DNA of 64,000 bases from Piromyces finnis finn (Eukaryota; Fungi; Neocallimastigomycota), in assembly GCA_002104945.1 (NCBI GenBank), contig MCFH01000063.1:62001-126000 (forward strand), written 5' to 3'. Positions 13,520 to 26,406 of the stretch are shown here, piece by piece (within the stretch, counting starts at the first letter, position 1; each line of letters opens with the position of its first letter). Made by a program: the position numbers and the translations under genes. The notes beneath the pieces are model-generated. The model was not told where the DNA came from and ran no database searches. It saw nothing but the letters and a program-made list of their open reading frames with translations.

Positions 13520-14320
13520 TTTATTATTAATTGAAAAGCCAGAATTATCATTTTCATTAAATAAATTATTATCATCATTCGTTGTAATTGTTGGTGGTGA
13601 TGTAGTTGTTGTACTTAAAGTTGGTGTTGGTAATGGTTCTGGCTTTTTATCATAGATATCTTGTTCCTTTACACTCCTTCATCATTAATTGAAAATGTTT
13701 TATCACCTATATCATTTATAAGAATTTCTCTTTGAAGTAGGGTTCTGATGATGTATTTTCATAATATGAAATAATTCCTATAATATTTTATTATTTATTA
13801 TTTATATAAAATTTTTAATTAATCAATGAGTTGTTTGATTTATTTATTAATTATTTGAATTACAACATTGTTGTAAACTATTATTATATTATTATGTGAT
13901 ATTGATATCTATGGGACATAACCATAAATAATTGTTAGTATGAAATATATGGCATAGAACTCTTTTGATAATTTACCTTTTTCTGCGGAAATATTCATAA
14001 AGGTGCAATCTTCAAATGAAACATTGGTATATTCACTTAATGAAAATGAAACACCTCCATAATATTTTGCTGTGGTATCTATAACTTCATCTTCTTTAAA
14101 TGAAATTTTGTTTTCATAATTTTGAGATAAGGAAGTCCCTTGTAATATAGAGTATTCTTTTTGATCCTAGTATCTCCTTCTAATGGAAAAGCAATAGATC
14201 CTTCTCCAATTTTTATTATACGATCTTCATTAGCATTTTCCCTTACTAAAAAATCATCTAATTTTTTATCTATTACAACACCATTACAAATAATCTCTAC
14301 TGAGGCTTAACTTTCTTCAC
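13520..14320 (-). pseudogene. Decayed coding fragments with stops and frameshifts, possibly from a large surface or membrane protein
   Basis: GC is elevated. Readable minus-strand pieces include IKIGEGSIAFPLEG, KYYGGVSFSLSEYTNVSFEDCTFMNISAEK (beta-helix-like), KEFYAIYFILTIIYGY and a PTPTLSTTTTSPPT linker. No continuous ORF. Confidence 0.35.
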
Positions 14321-15162
14321 AAAATACGAATTTTATACATAGGAATGATATTAATAGAAATAATTTTGATAGATGCGTAGTCATAGTAATTCATAATGTT
14401 TATTAGAATATCTCTCTATATATATAAATTAAAAATTTAAATGTTTATATTATAATAATAATTTTTGACAATCTTCTTTTTTTATATTATTATTCTTTTT
14501 AAAATTATTTATTAAAATTCAAATTAAATAAACCAAGGATGAATTGTTTACAACTTTAATAATATTCTAAAAAAAAACTTTATTATCAGTTTTTTACTTG
14601 TTTACTCTATCTATAATAATTTTAATCTACTTTACAGTAAAAAAAAAAATATTTTTAGTCATCTAAGTTTAATAATTTAATAATATTACCCTGGTTAATA
14701 AAATTATATCATCTCTTTACCTCTTCATCACTACGTTATAATGATAATTAATATTAATACATTATATTACAATTACAAAAAAATAAATAAATTTCAAATT
14801 TTAATAATTTAAAATAAAAGGTTTATAATTTTTATGCCTTTATCCTTTATATATATATATATATAAAAATAGAGTGTTATTATTATAGTTTATATTTAAC
14901 TTTATTATTATTATTATTATTATTGTTTTAATTAAACACTTTACATTATATTACATTTTATTTTTTAATTATTGATATTGATACATTAAACAATACAAAA
15001 ATATAAACTCTTCGGATTCCCATATAATACTATTACTAAAAAAAAAAATTTATATATGTATATATAAAAATTAAAAAAAAAAAAAAAAAAAAAAAGATAG
15101 GATAAATAGAATAGATTCAAAAAATTTTATTTGTTTTGAGAATTATCACCAGAGATAAGACT

Positions 15163-18100
15163 TTAGATTAAATCACTAATACTTGTATTATATGTTTTTA
15201 ATAAATTTTTAAAATTGGCTTCAATATAATGATAATAATAATAATTATAATCAAGTTTTGGTTGAATAATTTCATTATTTTTGGATGCTTTTTCACTTAT
15301 ATTATTATATAAATCCATTGACATGATTTTATCACCTAGTAATGAAGAATCTTTACGGAATGAAAAGGTGTTGGTATCAATAATAATATAATCTACTTTT
15401 TCACCGACTTTGTATTCTAAATTGTATTGTTTATGATTATTAACAAAAAGTAAAACGTAGTAGGATTTATTTACATATTTTTGATTAATAGTTAATTTCA
15501 TGATGAGTTTCTCTAACGGAACCTTTCCCGACAACAATTCATTTTTCATTTCTAAAACTTTTTCGCGAATTAAGCTTTCAGGATAACCGTAGAGAATCAT
15601 GTATAAAAATATTTTGTAATAGTCTCGTATATAAGTACAGGTACTCTTTTTTATCAAATCAATTCCTTTAATATACAATTCTTGTTTATTTGTAAGAATA
15701 CCACAATACTTCTTTTTCGAAAGAATAAGCATTTTTGTAAAAGTATTCTCGTATTTTAAATGCATTCCTTCTGGCAATTGATTTGTTACAAATTCTGCTA
15801 TGGTTTTACTATCCTCAATAAATTTAAAAATAGCTTTTTCGTCATCCTCAGTCATCGTGTCATTAGTACATGGTTTGTCGATATCTTTTTTTATCTTTTT
15901 ATATTCTATTAAACACGAATCAGTATCCCCATAAATAACCCTAAATTGTGTAAAATTATGAATTAAACTAATTGCTTTATTTAAATAATTTCTACCCATA
16001 CCTGTGGTGCATTCAGCCCCTGGTAAAAATCGTAAAAATTTTAAAGACTTCGAACCAAGACAGCCATATATAGAATTAGCCTGTATTTTAAGAGCATATT
16101 GACGTTTATCGTATATAATATTATCAAATCCGGTGGCGTCTTTTAACATTCCTTTATAACGAATTCTTTCCGATAGTAATATTTTCATCATACGTGGTAA
16201 TATACCAACATGATTTTTAGTAAAATAATATACCTTTTCGCCAATATCAATAGTATGATACGTATCCGGTGAGTGATTCTTTATTTCATCATTATCAATT
16301 AACGTTGTATAACATATATTATGGGTGATGATAACACTTGGATATAAACTGGTAAAATCTAGCATGGTACAATAATCATATAATCCAGAGGTTGGTTCAA
16401 TGACCTTAGCCCCCTTATAACTATTAATATTTGATTTATCTACATCAATACAAATATCATTATCATTACAATATTTGAATAATAAATTTGAGAATTTTTT
16501 ACTTTGACCGCATTTGTAAATTTCATCTAAACGAACTCTTGATATTTTAGCGATTTCTAAAAGTTCAATCCATTGGTGTGACACATGAAATATTTCTAAT
16601 GTCAAAATAGAATCCATAATACAATACTTGGCAACCTTTGTCAATGATTCTTCAGTATTCTCGTAAATTAACTGAAACATCTCTTTATAGGATAAATCAA
16701 TTTTGTGTTTATTTAATAATTGTTCTGATACATAATTTAAACTAGCCGATGGCAAATTTAGAGATCGAGCGTATTTAAACATATCAATTGCAATACGACC
16801 TGGGATTTGTAATTCAATTTCATTCTCCAAAATATTTGAAAATTTTGTTGGTTTTTCTTTTATGCGAGAAGCTGTAAATGGAGAGTTAATTTTATTTGGA
16901 ATTAAATACATACCAGCTCTTTGAGCTAAATATTTATAATCAAATCCAAAAGTATTGTATCCAATAATTAAATCTGGATCTGATTTACGAATTTGACTAA
17001 AAAATTCAACAATTAAATCATATTCTGTGTCAACATAAATAATCTCATAATTTTCATTAGCTCCATCATACTTTACTTTTTTTTTATTCTTGGGGTTTTC
17101 ACGTTTTTTAATGAATTCTTCTATATCTTCATATGAGCTTTCTTTTTCTTTCTTATCATTAACATTAGATGTAGTATTTGTAATATTTGTAGTATTTGTA
17201 GTATTTGTAGTATTTGTAGTATTTGTAGTATTTGTAGTATTTGTAGTATTTGTAGTATTTGTAGTATTTGTAGTATTTGTAGTATTTGTAGTATTTGTTG
17301 TATTTGTAGTATTTGTTGTATTTGTAGTATTTGTAGTATTTGTAGTATTTGTAGTATTTGTAATGTTTGTAGTAGTTGTGGTAGTTGTTTCTATTCTGTC
17401 GCATTCAATACTATTATTTATTATATTTTTTAATCGATCAAATCTTTCTTTACTATCAATTTCATTACTACAGGCATTACTATATTTTAACATTTGACTT
17501 AATCTATAAAATCTATTTGCAGTATCATTAAAAATTAAGTTGTTTTTACCTTCATCATTATTGTCTTTACTATCATTATTTGATGACGGTCTATCACCAT
17601 TATTATTAGTAGGAGCGATAGTAGTAGTGATAGTAGTAGTAGGAGCATTATTATTATTGCTATTATTACTGTTGTTATTACTATCATTATTGTTGTTGCT
17701 ATTATTATTGTTGTTGTTGTTGTTATTATTATTTTCAGAAGTAGTAGTAGCACTTAATTCCTTATGATCTTCATCACCATTTTTATCTTTATTATTTTTA
17801 CTGTTTATCTTTTTAACATTACCTTCCTCAAAAATAGAATAGTTTTTAAATGCTTCATTGAATTTCTCTATATTAAGAAATGAAATAAATTCTGGATCGA
17901 CTTCTTCATTGTCAACACGATTAATAATATTATTTTTATCTGTATATTTCAAGCATATGGCTATATTTTTTTGATAATCTTTATACTTGTATACCATACT
18001 GATAGTGGATATGAAATCTCCATAATTATAGCTATTTGGAAATGATTCAAAATCGTGAGACATACATTCAATATCAAATGATAATATTGATGGTACAGGA

Positions 18101-18558
18101 TACCCAGAAATATCCTTATTATTATGAATGTTTTTATAGCTAATTATATATTCAGTTTCGTAGATAGTATAGTGTTCTGTGTCATTTTTTTGATACTCAT
18201 TTGAAGAAATCCATCCAACGGTGTCAAGATCTTGTTCAGCAAGAAAGGTAGATACAATATCAACGTTAAGTAAAGTTGCCTTATAATAATAATATTCGTT
18301 GTAATTATTAAATGTAATTTTATAGATATCCTTTTTTCCCTCATTATAACAACGTAATAATTTTTTACTTAAAATTTCTTTTTTATACATATAATGCTTT
18401 GATTTATAATCAATTGATTCTGAATATTTATATATTGGGAAGTCATTAATAACGATTGATATTTTTGAATCATTTTTATCATAACCAAATCCAATAATAA
18501 TTGGATGTTTATTATTTATGTGTAATTCCCAATTGTAAATAAAACAAGTTAGTGTCAT
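15163..18558 (-). CDS. Intronless family B DNA polymerase (RNA-primed, delta/large-DNA-virus type) with a proofreading exonuclease
   Basis: ExoI SFDIEC, ExoII IIGYNTFGFD, ExoIII YCIMD. Polymerase motifs DFTSLYPSVII, QYALKIQANSIYG, YGDTDS and KKKYCG. No C-terminal CysA/CysB metal sites. A large N/T-rich in-frame insert lies between ExoI and ExoII. Confidence 0.92.
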   Translation of the reverse strand: MTLTCFIYNWELHINNKHPIIIGFGYDKNDSKISIVINDFPIYKYSESIDYKSKHYMYKKEILSKKLLRCYNEGKKDIYKITFNNYNEYYYYKATLLNVDIVSTFLAEQDLDTVGWISSNEYQKNDTEHYTIYETEYIISYKNIHNNKDISGYPVPSILSFDIECMSHDFESFPNSYNYGDFISTISMVYKYKDYQKNIAICLKYTDKNNIINRVDNEEVDPEFISFLNIEKFNEAFKNYSIFEEGNVKKINSKNNKDKNGDEDHKELSATTTSENNNNNNNNNNNSNNNNDSNNNSNNSNNNNAPTTTITTTIAPTNNNGDRPSSNNDSKDNNDEGKNNLIFNDTANRFYRLSQMLKYSNACSNEIDSKERFDRLKNIINNSIECDRIETTTTTTTNITNTTNTTNTTNTTNTTNTTNTTNTTNTTNTTNTTNTTNTTNTTNTTNTTNTTNTTNTTNITNTTSNVNDKKEKESSYEDIEEFIKKRENPKNKKKVKYDGANENYEIIYVDTEYDLIVEFFSQIRKSDPDLIIGYNTFGFDYKYLAQRAGMYLIPNKINSPFTASRIKEKPTKFSNILENEIELQIPGRIAIDMFKYARSLNLPSASLNYVSEQLLNKHKIDLSYKEMFQLIYENTEESLTKVAKYCIMDSILTLEIFHVSHQWIELLEIAKISRVRLDEIYKCGQSKKFSNLLFKYCNDNDICIDVDKSNINSYKGAKVIEPTSGLYDYCTMLDFTSLYPSVIITHNICYTTLIDNDEIKNHSPDTYHTIDIGEKVYYFTKNHVGILPRMMKILLSERIRYKGMLKDATGFDNIIYDKRQYALKIQANSIYGCLGSKSLKFLRFLPGAECTTGMGRNYLNKAISLIHNFTQFRVIYGDTDSCLIEYKKIKKDIDKPCTNDTMTEDDEKAIFKFIEDSKTIAEFVTNQLPEGMHLKYENTFTKMLILSKKKYCGILTNKQELYIKGIDLIKKSTCTYIRDYYKIFLYMILYGYPESLIREKVLEMKNELLSGKVPLEKLIMKLTINQKYVNKSYYVLLFVNNHKQYNLEYKVGEKVDYIIIDTNTFSFRKDSSLLGDKIMSMDLYNNISEKASKNNEIIQPKLDYNYYYYHYIEANFKNLLKTYNTSISDLI
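17168..17385 (-). repeat. In-frame 9-bp tandem repeat (ACTACAAAT)n encoding (TTN)n inside the polymerase
   Basis: (GTAGTATTT)n on the + strand, about 20 copies, with the reading frame preserved. Confidence 0.95.
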
Positions 18559-18799
18559 GATAATTATATATCATATTTATTAAGATTTAATATAAAGAGA
18601 TAATAATATTATTAATTAAAAATTAATAAAAATTGTATGAATTTTGTGATGTTATAATGGCTATTGCATTGCTATTTAATATATATTATATTAAAGCTCT
18701 ATACTATAACAATTAACATTTAATGGTAATATTTATAATTAAATTACTTATGTAACATAATTATAAAATTGCAAGAAATTTCATGTTTTATAGTTTTAT

Positions 18800-18900
18800 C
18801 ATTCATTTATTCATTCATTTATTTATTTATTCATTTATTTATTCATTTATTTATTCATTCATTTATTCATTCATTCATTTATTTATTTATTCATTTATTC
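18800..18900. repeat. Mixed (TTCA)/(TTTA) tetranucleotide microsatellite upstream of the polymerase
   Basis: Seen directly in the sequence. Confidence 0.85.
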
Positions 18901-21900
18901 TATAGTCATTCATTTAATTAATCATATGTTAAACTTTATAAATTTATGTAAGGATTACATTAATTTTCAACTTATTTTATAATTATACAAAGTTTTTTAA
19001 TAATATTTAAAATATAATTAAAAAAAAAAGAATAGTGTATTTATTAGTTTATTAGAATTAAATAGTATGACATTAATGTCATTAAAATAAAAATTATAAT
19101 TCTTTTTTTTTTTAAAAAAAATATAAAAAGTAGCCATAAATTTAAATTTTTACTTTTTATAACATAATAAAATGTATATATAATGTATATATAATGTTTG
19201 TTTGTAATAAGATAGGAAGATATCCATAAAAATATTTTATTGAAATACAAATAAATATATAAAAAAGTTTTGATCCCAATTATTACTTTTTCTTTATATC
19301 AATCCTACATATAACAACCTCCTATATTATGATTATATTTTAAATATAATTTTTTAACAATAATGAAAAATATGGCTTAACTTTGTTTTATAAAGAATCA
19401 TCATTTAATCATTTAATCGTTTTGAATAATACACTTGAATAGTAACATAAATTTGATGATTATTTGATTTCATTACATTATTGTTTATATGTAAATCTTT
19501 AAAAATATATATATGTACACATTTTTATGTATCTAAGATATCTAGAAAAAAAAATAAAAATAAAAACTAAAGAGATATACATAATACATACATAAATCTC
19601 TTTAATCAAAAAAAAAAAAAAGAATTGCAATAATTATTAGTTGTTTCAAATGATAGTATATATATATATATACTGAAATTTAAAAATTTAATATTTATGA
19701 TATAAATTCAATGTAAGACCTAAACCAATTTTAAAATAACTAAATATTAGTAAATTGATTCTTTCTTTTTTTAAAAAGTATTTCTCTTTTTTACAATAGG
19801 AATACTTGATGCTCTATTCCCAACACAAACATCCTTTCTTCTCTAATCTTTAAAAAGATTGTCCCAAAAAGCCAAAGTTGTTTAAAATTTTTAATTAATG
19901 ACAAACTCAAAATCTCTCACTAATTTATTATTTTTATTTTCCATTTTAATTAAAAAAATTTTTTTAAATTTTTTTTTTTTAAAATTATCCCATATAAAAA
20001 AAAAATAAATAAAACCGAAAAAAGTATAATAAATAATGTTTTATTATTCTATAAATTAAAAAAAGTGAAAACTTTTTAAAAAAAAAAAAAGTATTATAAT
20101 TATTTATCATTTTCTTTTTATTTTTTTATGATATTTAAAAGTGAGGTTAAATGAATATTATAAAATTAGTCATTCTTTCATTCATTTCATCTGTTATAAA
20201 TTATATTAAATAAGGTTTGATTAAAGGAGCAAATTAAAATTATATTAAAATCATTTTTAAAGAAAAAACAATTTCATAATATTCAAAAATGGTTTAATGA
20301 ATACTTTTGAAAATGGTGTTTTTTATTATTATTAATAAGAAAGAAAAAAAAAAAGCTAATTGTATAAATATTAATTAATGAATTAAATAAATGTTTAATC
20401 ATTTAAATTTTTTTTTTCTTTAACAAAAATAAATTATTAAACTTTTTAAAGATGTTTATTTTACTTTTTATTAATAATTTTTTTTAAAAAAAAAAAAAAA
20501 CAACTAATTAATTTAAATTCTATTTTATTATTATTAATTGAACCATCACAATTTAATTTTGGAAATTATGATTTTAATCTATTTAATGAAAGAAAAACAA
20601 TCAAGGCTATTTACTAAATTAAATAGAATATTGATTTTTATTTATAATAAATCATGAAAGTATGTCATAATCATTATTAATATTGGAATTTCTTATGTAT
20701 TATTCTGTGCTCAGCTCATGTCTCTTTTCCTATAGAAATATTTGCATTTTATTATAATAGTCAATTCCATTTTAATTTTCATTGTTCTATCTCATTTTAA
20801 TACATTTTAACACACAATCAGTCAATGTATTGTATTGTATTGTATTGTAATTTTTTTAATAAGCATCTCCACACCCTATTGTTGTATCATAAATACAATA
20901 AAAACAATAATACATTAGGCAATATCAAGACGCTAGAGGAAGCTTTAATGTACAACTTTGTTTTTATTTTGCCATGCAAGTCATCAATAACTAATCATTT
21001 TCTTTTTTTAAAAAAAAGAACCTTTTTTTGTTACAATTACTTTCCTAATAAAGTCATGTAATTGTATTACAAAATAAATTAAAAAGTGATAACTTTATGA
21101 TATTAAGGAATGTTATGAGTTTTATGCGTTTAATCAGTTTCATGACTCAAATTAAAAAGTGATATAATTTTAATTTATTTATTATTTAAACTTTTTTAAT
21201 TTATATTCAATATAAATAATATAAATTTAAATTTATTCTATATTAAATATATTATATAATAAAATTAATATATTGTTCATTTAATTTCATTTATATTAAC
21301 AAATTAGTATTTTATACGTTATTCTTTTTTAAAAAAAAAACAACAAAAAGAAAGATAACATAGTTTTTTTTTTATTATAAAGTATAAGTATATATTTAAT
21401 ATATTAATCTCTATTTTATACATTTAATTGAAAAAATAAACTTTTTTTCATTGATCATCAAAAAAAAAAAAAAAAAGAAAGTCAGCCTTTTATCCCTTTT
21501 TTAATATTAAATTATTGTTATGTTTATATAATTTCATATTTTATTTTTATTAATCCCCACTTCTCCTTCACATTATTGAATAATTATAATTTAATAGTTT
21601 TCATTAGGATGAGAATATCAATTTAAAAATTCAACAAAACCAATTCTTTTTCTCTTTATTAGAGATAAAGATAAAATTACTATTTTTGGTATTTATTATT
21701 ATTATTATTATTATTATTTTAGTTTTGAAACAAAAAAAAAAAAGAAAACTATTACATAATTGTAAAGTAAGCATGAAAAAGCTATACCAATAATAAAATA
21801 TAATTATAATATATAATAATAATAATATATATATTAATATCAATAATAATACTATTACTACTAATAAAATATAATATTTAATATTTAATAATACTAGGCT

Positions 21901-22902
21901 ACTTATTAATATATTAATCACAATTATTCTGAGTTATAATATTTATATTTAATAAAGTTCGGAGTGTATACAATTTATTAATAAATAAAGTTAATTAAAA
22001 TGACTTATTTGTATTACGTAATACAAATGATACTAGCAAAAGCATGAGGAGATTTAATTTTTATTCCTCATAATAACAATCATATTAAAATGCCAATTTA
22101 ATTTAACTTTATTTGATATAAAAAAAAGTCTTTATGATTTAAAGTATATTAATTAATATTCCTATTTACTCTAATAAATGTATTATTATATATTATCATT
22201 GTATTTATTATATATAAATGAATATATTTAATAATTTATTTTATATCAAAATTAATAAAAAAAATATTATTCATTAAATTAAAAAAGAAAATAAGAAAAT
22301 GATCTATTTATATTAATATTTAATAGTATCATAAAAAATATATTATCCCTAAAAAAAATTAATTAAAAATGATTATAATTTAAATTTATATATAAAAGGA
22401 CAAAAAAATCTGTTTCTTTTTAAACAAAATTAAAAGTTACTCTCTTTTTTTTTTCAAAGAAAAAAGAAAAAAAAGTTGGTAGTTTATTAAAAAAAAAAAA
22501 GAGAAAAATTATTATTAAAAGATAGTTTTAATTATAACTAAATAAAAAACGTTGTTAATTAACAAATATCAAAAATAATAATAAGAAGAATTAAAAAAAA
22601 AAAAAAGTTTATTATTACAGGATAATAATAATTTGAAAAGAAGCTAACATAAAAAATTAAAAACCTTTTTAAATAGTTAAATATTTGATATATTTAATAT
22701 TATCTAAATTATATATATTTATAATATATTACATAACCTTGAAAGTATTTTTAAAAGAAGTAAAAAAAAAAAAAAAAAAAAAACTATATATAATATAATC
22801 TTTTTAAGGAAATAATAATATTTTAAATATATAAAAAGTATTTTATTAAAAATTATTAGCATTAAAATAAAAACCAAAAAATAAAAAAGAAATAAAATAA
22901 TA

Positions 22903-25261
22903 ATGAAATTAAATTACCTTCTTTCCACCTTAGCTGTTAGTTTTGGCTTAGCTAAAGCTAGTACAGATTTTTTCAAAAATGTTAAAAGAGCAGAAATCTT
23001 TGAAAAAACTGAATTTAATATGCCAACTATTCGTATTAACTTTTCAGAAGAAAGTTATAACCGTTTTCATTTAACTTACAAGTGTTTATATGATACCCAT
23101 CCTTTAATTGATAATGAAAATGAAGATTGTTTTACCGCTCCTTGGGTCAATTATACTGAAGTTGTTTCATCCCTTGTATCAAAGCAATACCTTACTACTA
23201 CAAAGTTATCTGAGAAACAAAAAAAGTTAATTGGTGACCCAAACCTTAGTTATGATAATTTTAAAAGTATTGTTGCTACTGGAAGCTCTATTTCATTAAA
23301 GGAAATTTTCTCTCAAAAACATACTATTGTTAATATTCCAAGTTTTGAAGATAAAAAGGCTTCTCTTGATTTTACACTTAATGGGTAAGTTTATTTTTTT
23401 TAAAAAAAAAAAAATAAAATTAAAAATAGATCTATAGCATCAATTATTATTATCACTATTGGTGTTTATCCTTTTTACAAAAAATTATAATTTTAGTTAT
23501 AAAAGTAAAAGAAATTCAAAATACTCATTCATAATAATAGTTTTATATATAATTTATAAATTATTAATTTTTCTTTTTTTTTCTTTTCATTATTTTTTTT
23601 TTAATTTTAAAATATTTATATGTTTGTATATATATATATATAGTGAAACTATCAAGAAGGATTCTATCAAGTTTTCAATTGGTGGTAAATACACTCAAAT
23701 CTTTGAAAAGCAACAATTTAACATTAAAATAAACAAAGGTGAATTATTAGGTAGACAACAACTTAGATTACGTTCTGAAGTTGTCGATCCAAGTTTTCTT
23801 CGTTCAAAGATTGGTTATGATTTAAGTAATATTTTAGGTTTCCCATCTGTTCAAGCTTCCTATGCTTTAGTCTACATTAATGATGATTATATGGGTCTTT
23901 ATTTACTTCGTGATATTTACAAGACTCAATGGATTGAATACAATTATGGTATTGCCAATACTACCTCCCTTTATAAATGTGATAGTAAATATGGTACTAG
24001 TTACTACTTTAATTGTGTTAATGATGATACTGAAGTCATGGATGATGCCTTCAAAGAATTTATTAAAAAGTTAGAAAAGGCCAAGAATACCACAGAACTT
24101 TCAAAATTCTTTGATGTTGACCTATACATTAAATGGCAAGCCTTTAAATATATTGTTGGTTCCTGGGATCATGTCACTAATATGCATAATCAATATGTTT
24201 TCTATAACGGTAAAAAATGGATGAACTTTTTATACGATTTTGATAGTGATTTTGGTGCCTACAAAACACCAAATAGTGCTCAATCCTTTACTAGTGAATC
24301 CTTAGAAATGAGTTATCCACTTTATAAAGTTCTTGGTTTAAGCAATACTCATCAAACCTTAGTTGCTAATATTAAGAGTATGGTATTTAACGGTTTCAAC
24401 CCAGTTAAACTTATACCAAGAATTGATGAACTTATGGAATACCTTTACCCATACATTTTAGAAGATCGTACTCCAGAAAATGAAACCACTCAACGTCCAG
24501 GTCACCTTGTTCGTCCAGATTTCAAGATTGAAAATGGTTTCACCATTGATGATCATCTCAAGAATGCTGAATTCCATAATTACTTTATTAAAAAGTATGA
24601 AAACACCAAGGATTATACTATTGATGAAATTTATGGTCTTAAACGTTGGATTATTGAAAGATTTAGATACATCTGTTCTAAATACAGTATTGATTGTTCT
24701 TTTGCCAAGGAATACTTGGAAGGTGGTAGTTACGTTCTTCCAAGTAAAGATTCCACAAAGGTTGAAATGGAACAACATCTCGGTGGTTGTATGAACACTG
24801 GTTATTCATGCTGTTCTAATCCAAATGCCTATGTTTACACTACCGATATCACCGGTAATTGGAGTATTGAAGGTAATTATTGGTGTTTAATTGTTAAGGA
24901 TGTTAAAACTACCACTACTACTACAACCACAACCACAACCACCACAACTACTACCACAACTACTACCACTACTACTACAAAGGCCGCTGAAACAACTTCT
25001 GCTGCTGACGATGACTGTTGGTCATTGGAAAGAGGTTACCCATGTTGTGTTAGTGCTACCAAGGTTTATTACACCTCTCAAAATGGTAAGACTTGGTCTG
25101 TTGAAAATGGTGATTGGTGTGGTATTAGAGATACTCCAGCAACTACTACTACCACTACCACCACCACCACCACTACTACTACTACTACTACTCAAGCTGA
25201 AGCTACAAAACAACCAGCTAAAGAACCTCAACAAAATCATAAGCCAGGAAAATGGTGGTAA
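22903..25261 (+). CDS. cotH: Secreted CotH-family (spore-coat kinase-like) protein with two C-terminal fungal dockerin domains
   Basis: Signal peptide. Exons 22903-23384 and 23644-25261, with the intron GTAAGT...TATAG (23385-23643) joining as LNG-ETIK. CotH motifs GGKYTQ..KQQFNIKI, LRLRSEVVDPSFLRSK, YINDDYMGLY, WDH and YDFDSDFG. Dockerins CCSNPNAYVYTTDITGNWSIEGNYWC and CWSLERGYPCC..WSVENGDWCGI, separated by poly-Thr linkers. Confidence 0.9.
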
Positions 25262-26406
25262 ATCAAAAGTATAATTCGTAAATAAAATTGAAATTAAATA
25301 AAAAAAAAAAAAGAGTTACTTTTATTTTTTAATAATACAAATAGAAGTAAGGTGAATCAATTTTTTTTTCTTTAATTTTTATTTAAAAAATTGAAAAAAA
25401 AAAAATCACCATATAAAAAAATGATCCTATTTATATTTTAGCCAACATAAAAAAAAAATAATAAAAAAAGTTAAAAAAAAATATTTAAAAACAACTTTTT
25501 TAATGTCGCGTTACCAATAAAATAATAGTTAAAAAAAAAAAAAAAGAAAATTGTCAAAATGTATATAATACAATTCAATATGTATTGACAACAATATAAT
25601 ATATCCAAATTTATCTGGGCATTAAATGCCTTGATTTTTATTAATACTAGTTTTTTTTTTTTATTTTATTTGAAAAATAAATTCAAATGTTGAATTTCTT
25701 TGTAACCTTGCCTTTATGTATAAAAATAAAAATAAAAAAAAAAAAATAAAAAAAAAAAAAAAATAAAAGAATAAAAAAAATTAAAAAAAAAATAGGTATA
25801 AAAATTAAAAAGTTTCTTTCTTTTAAAATATAATATTATAATATATATAAAAAAAAGGAAATTGTTTCTATTTAAAAATACTTTTTTATTAGTAGTAGTA
25901 AAAACTTTTTTTTTTGTTTCCTTTTTTTACCTTGAAAACTTTTAAAAATATTTTGATTTTCATTTTGCTTTTTTAATTTAAAATATATTTTTTATATTAA
26001 ATTAAATTAAAATTTTATTGGCCAATTTTTTTAATTTTCTAAATGAAATAAAATGAAATAGGCCGTTTTTTTTTTTTTTTTTTTTTTTTTTGAATTTTCA
26101 TGTTATAAATAAAAAAAAGTTACTTTTTATCTTTTTTTTATAAACTAAATAAAAGATATCTTTAGAAGAAAATAAAAAAAAAGACCATGAACATATATTG
26201 TTATATTTATTTATTTATTTATTTATTCAAAATTATAAACTATACAATTTAAAAAATAAAAGAAATGAAATGAAATTATTTTTTTTTTATTCGATAGAAA
26301 ATATATATAAAAAAAAAAAAAAATTTTTTTTTTAATTAGACATATTGTGCGGAATATTTTAAAATATGGAAAATATAAACTTTTTTTTTTTTCGACTATT
26401 TAAAAC

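Noticed and set aside
17090-17767. ORFs 17090..17497, 17165..17404, 17535..17753 and 17540..17767 (VFV, YYK and poly-Leu repeats)
   Set aside because: They are alternative-frame or antisense readings of the microsatellites inside PolB.
15163-18558. PolB as part of a Polinton/Maverick or linear plasmid
   Set aside because: The motifs are of the RNA-primed delta/viral type. I saw no protein-priming TPR insertions, TIRs, integrase, ATPase or capsid genes nearby.
19780-19945. Short GC-richer minus-strand stretch (MENKNNKLVRDFEF...)
   Set aside because: It has several in-frame stops and no recognisable motif, so it cannot be supported as a gene.
18900-22000. Small ORFs 19044..19250, 20825..21061 and 21631..21921
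   Set aside because: They are low-complexity, AT-driven I/L/Y/F/K-rich translations typical of intergenic DNA.
23459-23643. Hydrophobic N terminus of the 600-aa ORF as a membrane anchor
   Set aside because: It is translated intron. Splicing 23385-23643 joins it to the signal-peptide exon.
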